A DNA stretch of 32,000 nucleotides from Sulfolobus acidocaldarius DSM 639 (GTDB taxonomy: Archaea > Thermoproteota > Thermoprotei_A > Sulfolobales > Sulfolobaceae), in contig NC_007181.1 in NCBI RefSeq assembly GCF_000012285.1, positions 1,020,001-1,052,000 on the forward strand, in the 5' to 3' direction. A program made the translations under genes and the position numbers. Under the pieces are notes generated by a model. It was not told the origin of the DNA. It ran no database searches and saw nothing but the letters and a program-made list of their open reading frames with translations. Below are positions 17,782 through 25,921 of this stretch, piece by piece (position 1 is the stretch's first letter; every line of letters starts with the position of its first letter).

Positions 17782-18165
17782 TTAGATACTTTGCATTCTC
17801 TCCTCTAACTCTTTCTTTATCTGAGAGGCTAACGTCTCTAAATCTCTCTCCAGTTTCTCGTAAAGCCTCTCTCCATCTACCCAATATATATAACTTGGTC
17901 TTCCCTTCTTCTTCTCTTCTCCTGCTTCCTCTTTCTCTCTTAAAATTAACCCTTTATCATACAGGTTATTAAGTGATTTATTTATAGATGCCTTACTGAC
18001 CTTCAATACATCTGCAATTTCATCACTACTCATCCTTCTCTTTTGTGAGATAAGAACCTGTAATACATCAATATCACTTTTAGGTAAACCGTAGATAAAG
18101 GATATTAGGTCACCCATAGTTACTTCTTTTCCACCTGGGAAAGACACCTTCATCTCTTTGCTCAT
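17782..18165 (-). CDS. Lrs14-like winged-helix transcriptional regulator
   Basis: wHTH core SSDEIADVLKVSKASINKSLNNLYDKGLILREK...KKGRPSYIYWV followed by a helical tail. It is paralogous to 21456-21827. The track start 18171 is a TTG, so I prefer the ATG at 18165 (MSKEMKVSF...). Confidence 0.75.
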   Translation of the reverse strand: MSKEMKVSFPGGKEVTMGDLISFIYGLPKSDIDVLQVLISQKRRMSSDEIADVLKVSKASINKSLNNLYDKGLILREKEEAGEEKKKGRPSYIYWVDGERLYEKLERDLETLASQIKKELEERMQSI

Positions 18166-18278
18166 AAGCAATATAAAGTTATTAAAAATTAAAAAACTTT
18201 ACCTTCGATTTTTATAAAACTATACGTCAATTAATTAAATCGGCTTACGTTAATGATAGAGATAATCAAAACGAAGAG

Positions 18279-18309
18279 AAAAATTTTAAATAATATGGAT
18301 AGCCTATCC
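18279..18309 (+). promoter_or_regulatory. TATA-like box plus palindromic operator (iron-box-like) upstream of the binding-protein gene
   Basis: AAAATTTTAAATAA is followed by TATGGATAGCCTATCC (18294-18309; GGATAG-C-CTATCC is a 6-1-6 inverted repeat). The motif ends exactly 8 nt before the ATG at 18318. Confidence 0.55.
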
Positions 18310-18317
18310 TACTACAC

Positions 18318-19313
18318 ATGAAGATATCAAATTTAATCCCAATCGTTTTAATTATAGTTATTTTAGTTGGAATTTCCTTAACATTAATACATATCAACAA
18401 TACAAACCAAACACAGAAATTGAGCAGTACTAATACAACAAATAACCCTGAAAAGCCACGAATAGTTAGTTTAGCACCATCAGATACCCAAATATTAGTC
18501 TCATTAGGTTTAGGAAAGGATATAGTAGGAATGGACATATATTCTTATCAATTACTCCAGACCTTGAATATGACTTCAATGATACCCCCTAATGTAACCG
18601 TGATAACCTCTGTTATCAACCTAAATATTACAGGGATTATAGCATTACAGCCCACTGTCGTTGTTTTAGAGTATGGACTAAGTGGAAGCTATATCCCCCA
18701 GCTGGAGAATGCAGGTTTGAAAGTACTCGTGACAAACAGTGACTATGCCTCGAACTTGGAAAACGTGATCAACACCATTTCTCAAATAGCAACTTTCTTC
18801 AATGTCACAAATCAGGCAAATCAGTTAATTAAGTGGATGAACCAAAGCATGGTGAGCTACCCACAAACAAATGTGTCTGTTGCATATTTTGACTGGATAG
18901 ATAGTGATGGAACAGCTTACAGCATAGGTAATAACGTGTTCATTAATGATTTAATAGACAGGGCTGGTGGATTCAACTCATTTTCTAACTTTACAGGATA
19001 TATTACAGTTACACCATCTCAAGTTTTACTTGCCGATCCACATGTAATAGTTGCACAGGAAATTTACAATTATTCCTATACCATTTACTTAATACACAAA
19101 TATTTTAACTACACATATGCTGTCAAAAATAATCAAGTATACGTCATAACCGGTCTGGCTACTGATGTTGTTGACGAGCCATCCATCTTATCTGTTTATG
19201 CTATTCCCTTATTTCATGATATAATAACTGGTGTACCTGTACCACATTACATCAGCACCAACTGGTTTATGACTAAATTAAATATAACGTTGCCAATTTT
19301 TGACCAAAATTAA
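18318..19313 (+). CDS. ABC transporter substrate-binding protein, BtuF/FhuD class (iron-siderophore/heme/cobalamin type), membrane-anchored
   Basis: 331 aa. N-terminal TM anchor, an S/T/N-rich linker, then PRIVSLAPSDTQILVSLGLGKDIVGMD, typical of this SBP class. By my count it has 13 N-x-S/T sequons. Confidence 0.75.
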   Translation: MKISNLIPIVLIIVILVGISLTLIHINNTNQTQKLSSTNTTNNPEKPRIVSLAPSDTQILVSLGLGKDIVGMDIYSYQLLQTLNMTSMIPPNVTVITSVINLNITGIIALQPTVVVLEYGLSGSYIPQLENAGLKVLVTNSDYASNLENVINTISQIATFFNVTNQANQLIKWMNQSMVSYPQTNVSVAYFDWIDSDGTAYSIGNNVFINDLIDRAGGFNSFSNFTGYITVTPSQVLLADPHVIVAQEIYNYSYTIYLIHKYFNYTYAVKNNQVYVITGLATDVVDEPSILSVYAIPLFHDIITGVPVPHYISTNWFMTKLNITLPIFDQN

Positions 19314-19493
19314 ATGAAAACCTTTAACAAAATTAATATTTTTACATATCTTACTCTTCTCTTGTAAACAAGCCGTCTACACAAAGAATGAGTATTAACT
19401 AGACTTATGTAGTATTAAAATACAATTTTAAGTAAAAGACTTGCGTTAAGTGAGCGTATTAGCCTTGAGGACCTCAGAAACTTGGTAAAATGA

Positions 19494-19522
19494 GGAAATT
19501 TTATTATATGGATAAGCTATCC
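19494..19522 (+). promoter_or_regulatory. Second copy of the TATA-like box plus palindromic operator, upstream of the permease gene
   Basis: GGAAATTTTATTA is followed by TATGGATAAGCTATCC (19507-19522). The motif ends exactly 8 nt before the GTG at 19531, the same spacing as at 18294-18318. Confidence 0.55.
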
Positions 19523-19530
19523 ACATTATT

Positions 19531-20529
19531 GTGAAAATTACTAAATCAACTTATCTAAAGATCTTACTATTACTCATACTTCCAGTTACATCACTCCTAT
19601 TGTCACTAATGTATGGAGACGTATATATCCCTCCTCAGGAAATTCTACATCCCTCACAGATTTACAGGTTAATACTTTACGAAATAAGATTACCCACAAT
19701 AATAACGGCAGCACTCATAGGAATAATTTTATCAGTATCCGGAAGCATAATGCAACACCTTTTACGAAATCCCTTGATAGACCCTTATATAGCTGGGACA
19801 TCATCTGGAGGAGCATTCGGGGCAATATTAAGTTATTTCCTCTTGGGATTTAGTCTGCCCTTATCGGTAATGATATACGCCCAACCACTGATAGCGTTCT
19901 TCTTCTCGTTTCTAGCCACAATTATAACTGTTCTAATAGGTAGAGGTAGAGGAATATATGGGCTAGTAATTGCAGGTGTAATAGTATCGTATATCTTCTC
20001 ATCTGCCTATTCTATATTACTAGTACTGCTTCAGGAAAGATACCCTCAGATACCTCCAATCATTTTTTGGCTAATGGGGCAGATCACAGTTGTAGGCTGG
20101 TCACTAATTCCAGCCCTTACTACACTTACCCTAGTCCTTTTAATTCTAGCTTATAAAATGTCAAGAGCCTTAGATTTAGTATCGATAAGTGACGAAATAA
20201 GTTACACACATGGTATAAGACCAAATAGGTTTAGAATATTTTGGTTAGGTTTGATCAGCTTTGTTGTCTCCTTCACCATATCAATAGCTGGAGTCATAGG
20301 GTTTATCGGAATTTTGGTTCCACACTTAATTAGATTAAGTATTGGGGGCAATATGAGAACGCTACTAGTATATTCAAGTGGAATAGGAATAACTGTTATG
20401 TTGCTTAGTAACATAATTGCCGATGGAATGTTAGGAACCATAATCCCTATAACTCCTATTCTTGCAGTGATCGCGTCACCCTTTCTCATACTTTTTCTGG
20501 TGAGAAGAAATGATAGTGAAGGGGCTTAA
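19531..20529 (+). CDS. ABC transporter permease, FecCD/BtuC family
   Basis: 332 aa, GTG start, about 9-10 TM segments. Contains the conserved GVIGFIGILVPHLIRLSIGGNMRTLL...NIIAD block of FecCD permeases. Confidence 0.85.
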   Translation: MKITKSTYLKILLLLILPVTSLLLSLMYGDVYIPPQEILHPSQIYRLILYEIRLPTIITAALIGIILSVSGSIMQHLLRNPLIDPYIAGTSSGGAFGAILSYFLLGFSLPLSVMIYAQPLIAFFFSFLATIITVLIGRGRGIYGLVIAGVIVSYIFSSAYSILLVLLQERYPQIPPIIFWLMGQITVVGWSLIPALTTLTLVLLILAYKMSRALDLVSISDEISYTHGIRPNRFRIFWLGLISFVVSFTISIAGVIGFIGILVPHLIRLSIGGNMRTLLVYSSGIGITVMLLSNIIADGMLGTIIPITPILAVIASPFLILFLVRRNDSEGA

Positions 20530-21169
20530 AGTAAAACTAGGTAAGAAGATTGTTCTCGACAACGTAAATATTGAGTTAAGACCAGGTATTACGCTAATAC
20601 TTGGACCTAACGGGTCTGGTAAGACTACATTATTAAAGACAATAATCGGTATGATTGAACCAATTGAAGGCAAAGTAATAGTTAACGAGAATTTGTCATA
20701 TTCCCCAGCAGAATTTTATACGGTAAATATGAAAACGATTGATGTTATCCTGGCTGGGCGAAAGAAAGGGGAATACCAAAAATACATTGAACTCTTTAAC
20801 ATAGCGGATCTTATGGAAAATGACTTTCAAAATTTAAGCTCTGGTCAAAAGAGACTTGTCCTAATAGTAAAGGCTTTAGGCGAAGGAGACTTGGTAATAA
20901 TGGATGAACCCTTTGCCAACTTAGATATGAAAAACAGGATGATTGTATTAGATTCCCTATTGAAACTGAAGAGTGAGAAGAATTTTATTATCACATCGCA
21001 TGAGCTAGAAGTTATAAATTACGCAGATGAAATAATCTTGGTAAAAAACGGAAAAGTAGTATATTCAGGAAGTAAGGAGAATGTTAGTGACTTAATTCTG
21101 TCGCAAGTTTATGATGTGAGAATAAGATCTTTAGTTGTAGCTGGAAGGAGATTCTTTTTCCATGAGTAA
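20510..21169 (+). CDS. ABC transporter ATP-binding protein
   Basis: 219 aa. Walker A GPNGSGKTT, signature LSSGQKR, Walker B LVIMDEP, H-loop TSHE. It overlaps the permease gene by 20 nt. Confidence 0.9.
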   Translation: MIVKGLKVKLGKKIVLDNVNIELRPGITLILGPNGSGKTTLLKTIIGMIEPIEGKVIVNENLSYSPAEFYTVNMKTIDVILAGRKKGEYQKYIELFNIADLMENDFQNLSSGQKRLVLIVKALGEGDLVIMDEPFANLDMKNRMIVLDSLLKLKSEKNFIITSHELEVINYADEIILVKNGKVVYSGSKENVSDLILSQVYDVRIRSLVVAGRRFFFHE

Positions 21170-21209
21170 AGGTTAGTTAAATAATAATTGGTAATTTAAG
21201 CTCTAGTCT

Positions 21210-21268
21210 CTATGTCAGAAATACCATTCTTTACGGAGCAAATAGTATATATTTTGTTTTTGACATAG
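21210..21268 (+). terminator. Long-loop inverted repeat with T-tract downstream of the ABC operon (possible terminator or structured RNA)
   Basis: CTATGTCAGAAATA (21210-21223) pairs with TGTTTTTGACATAG (21255-21268): 14 bp including 2 G-U pairs, with a 31-nt loop. The right arm contains the ATTTTGTTTTT T-run. Confidence 0.3.
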
Positions 21269-21375
21269 TATAATATAGGGTAAGCGATCAATCCGTGATA
21301 ATATAAGTAGGTAAGTATTATTAGGAGATCCTATTTCTTCTTATATAATTTTATATGTAAGTGGTTCTTTATGTA

Positions 21376-21391
21376 CAAATGTACACATTTG
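21376..21391. promoter_or_regulatory. 7-2-7 inverted repeat just upstream of the TATA-like box of the second Lrs14-like gene
   Basis: CAAATGT-AC-ACATTTG at 21376-21391, immediately 5' of TTTTTTAATATAT. The gene at 21456 has an SD-like GGAGTGA 7 nt before its ATG, implying a leadered transcript. Confidence 0.4.
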
Positions 21392-21455
21392 CATATTTTT
21401 TAATATATCACTTTTTTTAGTTAGCAAAAACAAGTAATATTCGGAGTGATACAAA

Positions 21456-21827
21456 ATGGAGACAGTACTTCAAATTCCATATCAAAAGAAAACACAAATT
21501 GAAAAACTACTTGAGTTCATGTATGGACTCAATGAAAAGGAAGTACAACTAATATTCAGATTACTATACTCTGACACGAAACTAAATATAGAGGAATTAG
21601 CTGAAGAATTTAAGGTAAGTAAGGCACTAATAAGCAAGTCCCTAAGTGAATTAGCTAATAAAGGTCTTATAGAGAGAGAAAAAGTATCTAATGAGGGGAG
21701 AAAAGGAAGACCAATATATGTTTACTATGTTGATAGGGAACAACTATTTAAGAGAATAAGCAGAGATCTTGAAGAACTAGTACAAGCTTCGATAGCGAAG
21801 TTAAAAGAGTATATTTTTAAGTCTTAA
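21456..21827 (+). CDS. Lrs14-like winged-helix transcriptional regulator
   Basis: 123 aa. [32 protein letters not shown]...[11 protein letters not shown] aligns by eye along its whole length with 17782-18165. Confidence 0.75.
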   Translation: METVLQIPYQKKTQIEKLLEFMYGLNEKEVQLIFRLLYSDTKLNIEELAEEFKVSKALISKSLSELANKGLIEREKVSNEGRKGRPIYVYYVDREQLFKRISRDLEELVQASIAKLKEYIFKS

Positions 21828-22063
21828 ACAGGAGACACTAAGATAACATTATCTCCTCTTATTACTATAGTACCTACTTTTCTTGTACTTCCGTCATTCA
21901 TTATTTCTTCAGAATTCTCTAAGACTAAGTTCATATGCATATCATAACTTTTTAGAGTACCTCTTACTATTTTTTCTCCTTTTAGTTTAACTAGAACAGT
22001 CGAACCCAAAGATTCAGCTAAAACCTTATGAGCTGTTTCGGACACTATTACACCCACTATCAT
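21824..22063 (-). CDS. Sm-like (LSm/SmAP) RNA-binding protein
   Basis: Sm1/Sm2 motifs: [32 protein letters not shown]...[18 protein letters not shown]. The start is uncertain. Options are the track ATG at 22108, the ATG at 22063, or the GTG at 22045 (giving [11 protein letters not shown]...). The last fits best with TTAAATAT (22077-22084 on the minus strand) about 30-35 nt upstream. Confidence 0.85.
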   Translation of the reverse strand: MIVGVIVSETAHKVLAESLGSTVLVKLKGEKIVRGTLKSYDMHMNLVLENSEEIMNDGSTRKVGTIVIRGDNVILVSPV

Positions 22064-22171
22064 ACATGATCTAAGGATATTTAACTTTAATGATATGCCA
22101 AACCTCATTAACAGAGTATCAGGAGTTTAGTTTCAGTCAACAGTAAGACATTTAAAAATGCTGAAATAGAC

Positions 22172-22501
22172 ATGGATGAAATAGATCTGAGAACAATCGA
22201 TAGTAAATTCGTGGAAATCCTTCTCGAAGAGTATTTTGCTGATAACAATTCAGTAATAAATGACTTTTACATCATAAAACTATCAGAAGATATTGAAAAG
22301 AAGGTGTTCCGGTTTAAGGTATGGTTATCAAGACCCACGGACAATAAGATAGACGGATTCACAGGTTACCTTTTCTTTTATCGAAACAGGGTAAAGATAA
22401 AGCTGCCTATGGTAAAGGAGAAACAAATTGATGATGCTTTAATACTTAAAGCTGTCCAGTTATTCCAGAGAATTTACCTTACTAAACGTGTTTATTACTG
22501 A
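22172..22501 (+). CDS. Hypothetical protein (109 aa)
   Basis: ATG-start ORF with ATTTAAAAA centred about 24 nt upstream. No recognisable motif. Confidence 0.45.
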   Translation: MDEIDLRTIDSKFVEILLEEYFADNNSVINDFYIIKLSEDIEKKVFRFKVWLSRPTDNKIDGFTGYLFFYRNRVKIKLPMVKEKQIDDALILKAVQLFQRIYLTKRVYY

Positions 22502-23012
22502 CAATGAAGTCCTTTAACCACTGAATAGTCCTAACGTCATTATTGTCATTAAGAAATTTCAGAAGTTTAGTTATAAACTCGTCTCTAGTTGAGGACTGTG
22601 TAGCTAGACTAATTAACGTTTTTATAACCTCATTTTTATTTATCTTGTACTCCATTTCATTTTCTCCAACTTTTACTACGGTTCTATCGTTATATAAGAC
22701 AATTCTATCGTTAATGTAACCTCTCTCATCGATTATGTCGTATTCTACACCGTATATCTCCTCAGACAGAAAAGTCCCGTCATCAAAAACCTTTAATTTC
22801 TTACCGGTGTAGTTACCTCCTTTTATGACGACTATGCCTAAGGACCTCAAGTAGACCTTTACAGCTTGTATGAGCTCCCTTTCACTACACAGCAGTTTCT
22901 TCTCGTTTCCTATTAAACGCTTTAGCTCGTCCTCGTAAACTACCTTTCCATATATTAGGTTACTGTTGAAAATGATGTCAATTATCCTAAGTGCTTCCTT
23001 ATCACAATTCAT
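22482..23012 (-). CDS. Hypothetical protein (176 aa)
   Basis: ATG-start ORF with GTTATAAATT about 26 nt upstream. No recognisable motif. Its 3' end overlaps the convergent 22172-22501 ORF by 20 nt. Confidence 0.5.
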   Translation of the reverse strand: MNCDKEALRIIDIIFNSNLIYGKVVYEDELKRLIGNEKKLLCSERELIQAVKVYLRSLGIVVIKGGNYTGKKLKVFDDGTFLSEEIYGVEYDIIDERGYINDRIVLYNDRTVVKVGENEMEYKINKNEVIKTLISLATQSSTRDEFITKLLKFLNDNNDVRTIQWLKDFIVSNKHV

Positions 23013-23233
23013 ATAATCTAACTCTGATTAGGAATTTATAACATTTCTTTATGCTTACAAAAGAGATTAGAATATAAAAATAGGAATAAAATGAGAGGAT
23101 GTAAAAAGTTTATTTAAATGGAGATTCAAATAATCAGTAAACGCTGGGATGCTGATAAGTGAAGAGAGACCACCGGTCTGAATGTATGATGTTTTAGAAC
23201 AAAAGATTATTTAGTTGTAGTATAATCATTAGT

Positions 23234-24526
23234 GTGGATTGTGCAGTAATATTTAGAAGGGATTTGAGATTATTCGATAATACAGCACTTGTAAACGCTG
23301 TGTATCATTGTAATAAAATCTATCCCATTTTCATTGTTGACCCTAGACAAATGATAAACAATCCTTATAAATCAGAATTCGCTGCTACTTTCCTAATAAA
23401 TTCCTTAGTTGAATTGGATAAAGAACTAAATGGAAACTTAAACGTGTATTACGGGTATCCTGAGAATATAGTCTCAAAACTAGATATGGTAAATGCGATT
23501 TTCATTAACGAGGACTACACACCATTCGCCATTCAACGAGACGAGAAAATGAAGGAAAATGCCTTGAATAAAGGAATTAAATTCTTCTCTTATCCAGATG
23601 TCTTACTTTCAGCTGAAGAAAAGAAAATTAAAATAGGTAGGAGCTTTACACCATTTTACACTAAAGCAAGAGAACTAGAAGTGCCCAAGCCACAATCTGT
23701 GGACAAAAGCATAAATGTGGAACGAATAAGCAATAGTTTATCAATAGATTTTCTATTGACTTTCAAAAAAGTTGAGTCACCCTTACTTAAGGGGGGAAGA
23801 CCTGAAGGTTTAATGTTATTAGATAGGGAGATAGATTACTCCAGAAAGGATTACCCAGCTGAGAAGAACTACTCTATGCTATCACCTCATTTAAAATTTG
23901 GTACAGTATCACCCAGAGAAGTATACCACAAAAAAATATCTGACCAAGCCTTCACTAGACAACTTTACTGGAGAGACTTTTACACGTTATTAGCATATCA
24001 AAATCCTTACGTATTTGGTCATTCATTCAAAACAGAGTATGACAAGATAAAGTGGGAAAATAGTGAACGATACTTTAATGCGTGGAAGGATGGGATGACG
24101 GGTTATCCAATAATAGATGCAGGAATGAGAGCACTAAATACCACAGGTTTCATAAACGGAAGAGTGAGAATGTTGGTCGCATTCTTCCTTACAAAAGTAC
24201 TTTTTGTCGACTGGAGACTGGGAGAGAGGTATTTTGCGACAAAATTAGTGGATTATGACCCAGCTGTAAATAATGGGAATTGGCAATGGGTAGCATCAAC
24301 AGGCACAGATTACATTTTCAGAGTATTTGACCCTTGGAAACAACAGGAAAAATATGACCCAGAAGCTAAGTTCATAAAGGATTATGTAAGGGAGTTAAGA
24401 GACTATCCACCATCAGTAATTCATAAAGTATACTTACATAAAATAACAGGTTACCCGTCACCAATTGTGAATTGGCGAGAAAGAGTGGAAATGGTCAAAC
24501 AAGTATACTTTAGCACGAAGGCATGA
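23234..24526 (+). CDS. phr: Deoxyribodipyrimidine (CPD) photolyase
   Basis: 430 aa, GTG start. N-terminal IFRRDLRLFDNTAL, and C-terminal FAD-binding blocks TGYPIIDAGMRAL..TGFINGRVRMLVAFFL and DYDPAVNNGNWQWVASTG. Confidence 0.92.
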   Translation: MDCAVIFRRDLRLFDNTALVNAVYHCNKIYPIFIVDPRQMINNPYKSEFAATFLINSLVELDKELNGNLNVYYGYPENIVSKLDMVNAIFINEDYTPFAIQRDEKMKENALNKGIKFFSYPDVLLSAEEKKIKIGRSFTPFYTKARELEVPKPQSVDKSINVERISNSLSIDFLLTFKKVESPLLKGGRPEGLMLLDREIDYSRKDYPAEKNYSMLSPHLKFGTVSPREVYHKKISDQAFTRQLYWRDFYTLLAYQNPYVFGHSFKTEYDKIKWENSERYFNAWKDGMTGYPIIDAGMRALNTTGFINGRVRMLVAFFLTKVLFVDWRLGERYFATKLVDYDPAVNNGNWQWVASTGTDYIFRVFDPWKQQEKYDPEAKFIKDYVRELRDYPPSVIHKVYLHKITGYPSPIVNWRERVEMVKQVYFSTKA

Positions 24527-24559
24527 CCAAGGGGAAAAAGTATAAAGAGAAAACAATTA

Positions 24560-25915
24560 CTACGTTGTTGCCACTGCATTAAAATTATTTTGTACGTTAG
24601 TAGTCTGGTCATCAGACACTAACTCTTTTAGAATGCTCCGTGTTCTCTCCTCAAGTATTAGTGAATCGCCTCTTATAATCCGTATAACCTCTAATGTAGG
24701 TATCTCCACCACGTCGACACCTTGGACATTAATCTTGGTATTAGTTATTATGAACTTCTTCCTTATCTTGTAGATTTTCTTGTCATTTTCAACCTGCTCC
24801 ACATAGGGTAACAACGAAATCTCGTCCCCTGATATCTCATTTCCATTAGATAACTTAACAATACCTAGATACCCGTAGTCATCCTTAGTAAAGAATATAC
24901 CTACAGTTATGTTCTTACCTTTGACCTCGACTCTCTTTCCCCTCTGATGTACATAAGATACTCTAAACTCTTTAGATAGTGACGAAATTGTCTCTCTAAG
25001 CATTTTCTCCAGTGTCGTGGAATTCTCCTCCACGTTCTTTAACGTATATGAGGATTGAATACTGTCCTTTATACACTCCACATTTCCTTCACAGTCAGTT
25101 TCAATCCTCTCTACCTCTGATTTTATGAACTGTAGGATAGAGCTTACGGTGGTTAATTCTCTGCCATTCCACATTGCCAAAATTATCGGAAATAGCACAT
25201 CAGATATTGGCTTGCAATAAGCCTCAACTATCTCTTTAATATCATCAGATGTGAGAGCACTGTCTAAACTTATCCTGCTCTCATCTAATCTCCTCCTTAT
25301 GGCTAAATCGGTAACTTTATTATAAGCATCAGTCGGAATTGCCATTAAAATAGGCACGTTTAGACCGGAATTTATCAGTCTATGTATTTTAGATAGATGA
25401 CCTTCCCTAATCTCATCAACTAAAATAGTGATATCCATGACGTTTTTCAAATCGTTTACAAACTTTAATATACCGTCAAAGTCCCTACTGTAGTCTAAAC
25501 AATATAACCTTAGTAAGAAGTCATCCAGTTTACCGCACATGGAGTAAAGGTGATTTTCAAAACTTACTCCGGTCAGCTTCTTCAGAAAGCCGTATTTGTA
25601 CTTTTTCCTATCCATTTTGCCTACTACAAGGTTCTTCACCATGAATCTATCAATCTTGTCCCAGAACTCACTCTCTATTTCTCCCTTGCTTGAAAGGTCT
25701 AGGAATAATGTGAATTTTTCTTTACTGATAATCTCCTCAACCTTCTTGAGAATGGTTGTCTTTCCCATACCGGGTTGTCCTATAATGGATGCAATGTCCT
25801 TGTTCTTTATGACTTCTAACGATTTACTCAAATATTGCTTGTATGTGGGTCCAGCTAAAATAACATTCTTGGCAGACCAGGTTGTAACTGTAACCTTAGG
25901 TATATTACATATCAA
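24560..25915 (-). CDS. P-loop NTPase, ORC/Cdc6-like AAA+ core with an uncharacterised ~170-aa C-terminal domain
   Basis: 451 aa. Walker A GQPGMGKTT, Walker B ITILVDEIRE, then VPILMAIPTDAYNKVTDLAIRRRLDESRISL, which resembles the sensor-1/box VII region of Orc1/Cdc6-type ATPases. There is no in-frame ATG before the P-loop. The start is a TTG at 25915, preceded by GAGGTGAGG (SD) and only 6 nt after the upstream stop. Confidence 0.6.
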   Translation of the reverse strand: MICNIPKVTVTTWSAKNVILAGPTYKQYLSKSLEVIKNKDIASIIGQPGMGKTTILKKVEEIISKEKFTLFLDLSSKGEIESEFWDKIDRFMVKNLVVGKMDRKKYKYGFLKKLTGVSFENHLYSMCGKLDDFLLRLYCLDYSRDFDGILKFVNDLKNVMDITILVDEIREGHLSKIHRLINSGLNVPILMAIPTDAYNKVTDLAIRRRLDESRISLDSALTSDDIKEIVEAYCKPISDVLFPIILAMWNGRELTTVSSILQFIKSEVERIETDCEGNVECIKDSIQSSYTLKNVEENSTTLEKMLRETISSLSKEFRVSYVHQRGKRVEVKGKNITVGIFFTKDDYGYLGIVKLSNGNEISGDEISLLPYVEQVENDKKIYKIRKKFIITNTKINVQGVDVVEIPTLEVIRIIRGDSLILEERTRSILKELVSDDQTTNVQNNFNAVATT

Positions 25916-25921
25916 ACTTCC

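Noticed and set aside
19466-19476. Palindrome TGAGGACCTCA in the SBP-permease spacer.
   Set aside because: It is only 5-1-5, cannot form a hairpin, and has no second copy. It is indistinguishable from chance.
23159-23208. C/D-box-like string upstream of the photolyase gene: GUGAAGA, 12 nt, CUGA, 4 nt, AUGAUGU, 12 nt.
   Set aside because: The terminal D box is missing. The sequence reads GATT/ATTA where CUGA is required at 11-13 nt, and the C box has a U-to-A change. This is not enough for an sRNA call, though RNA-seq could revisit it.
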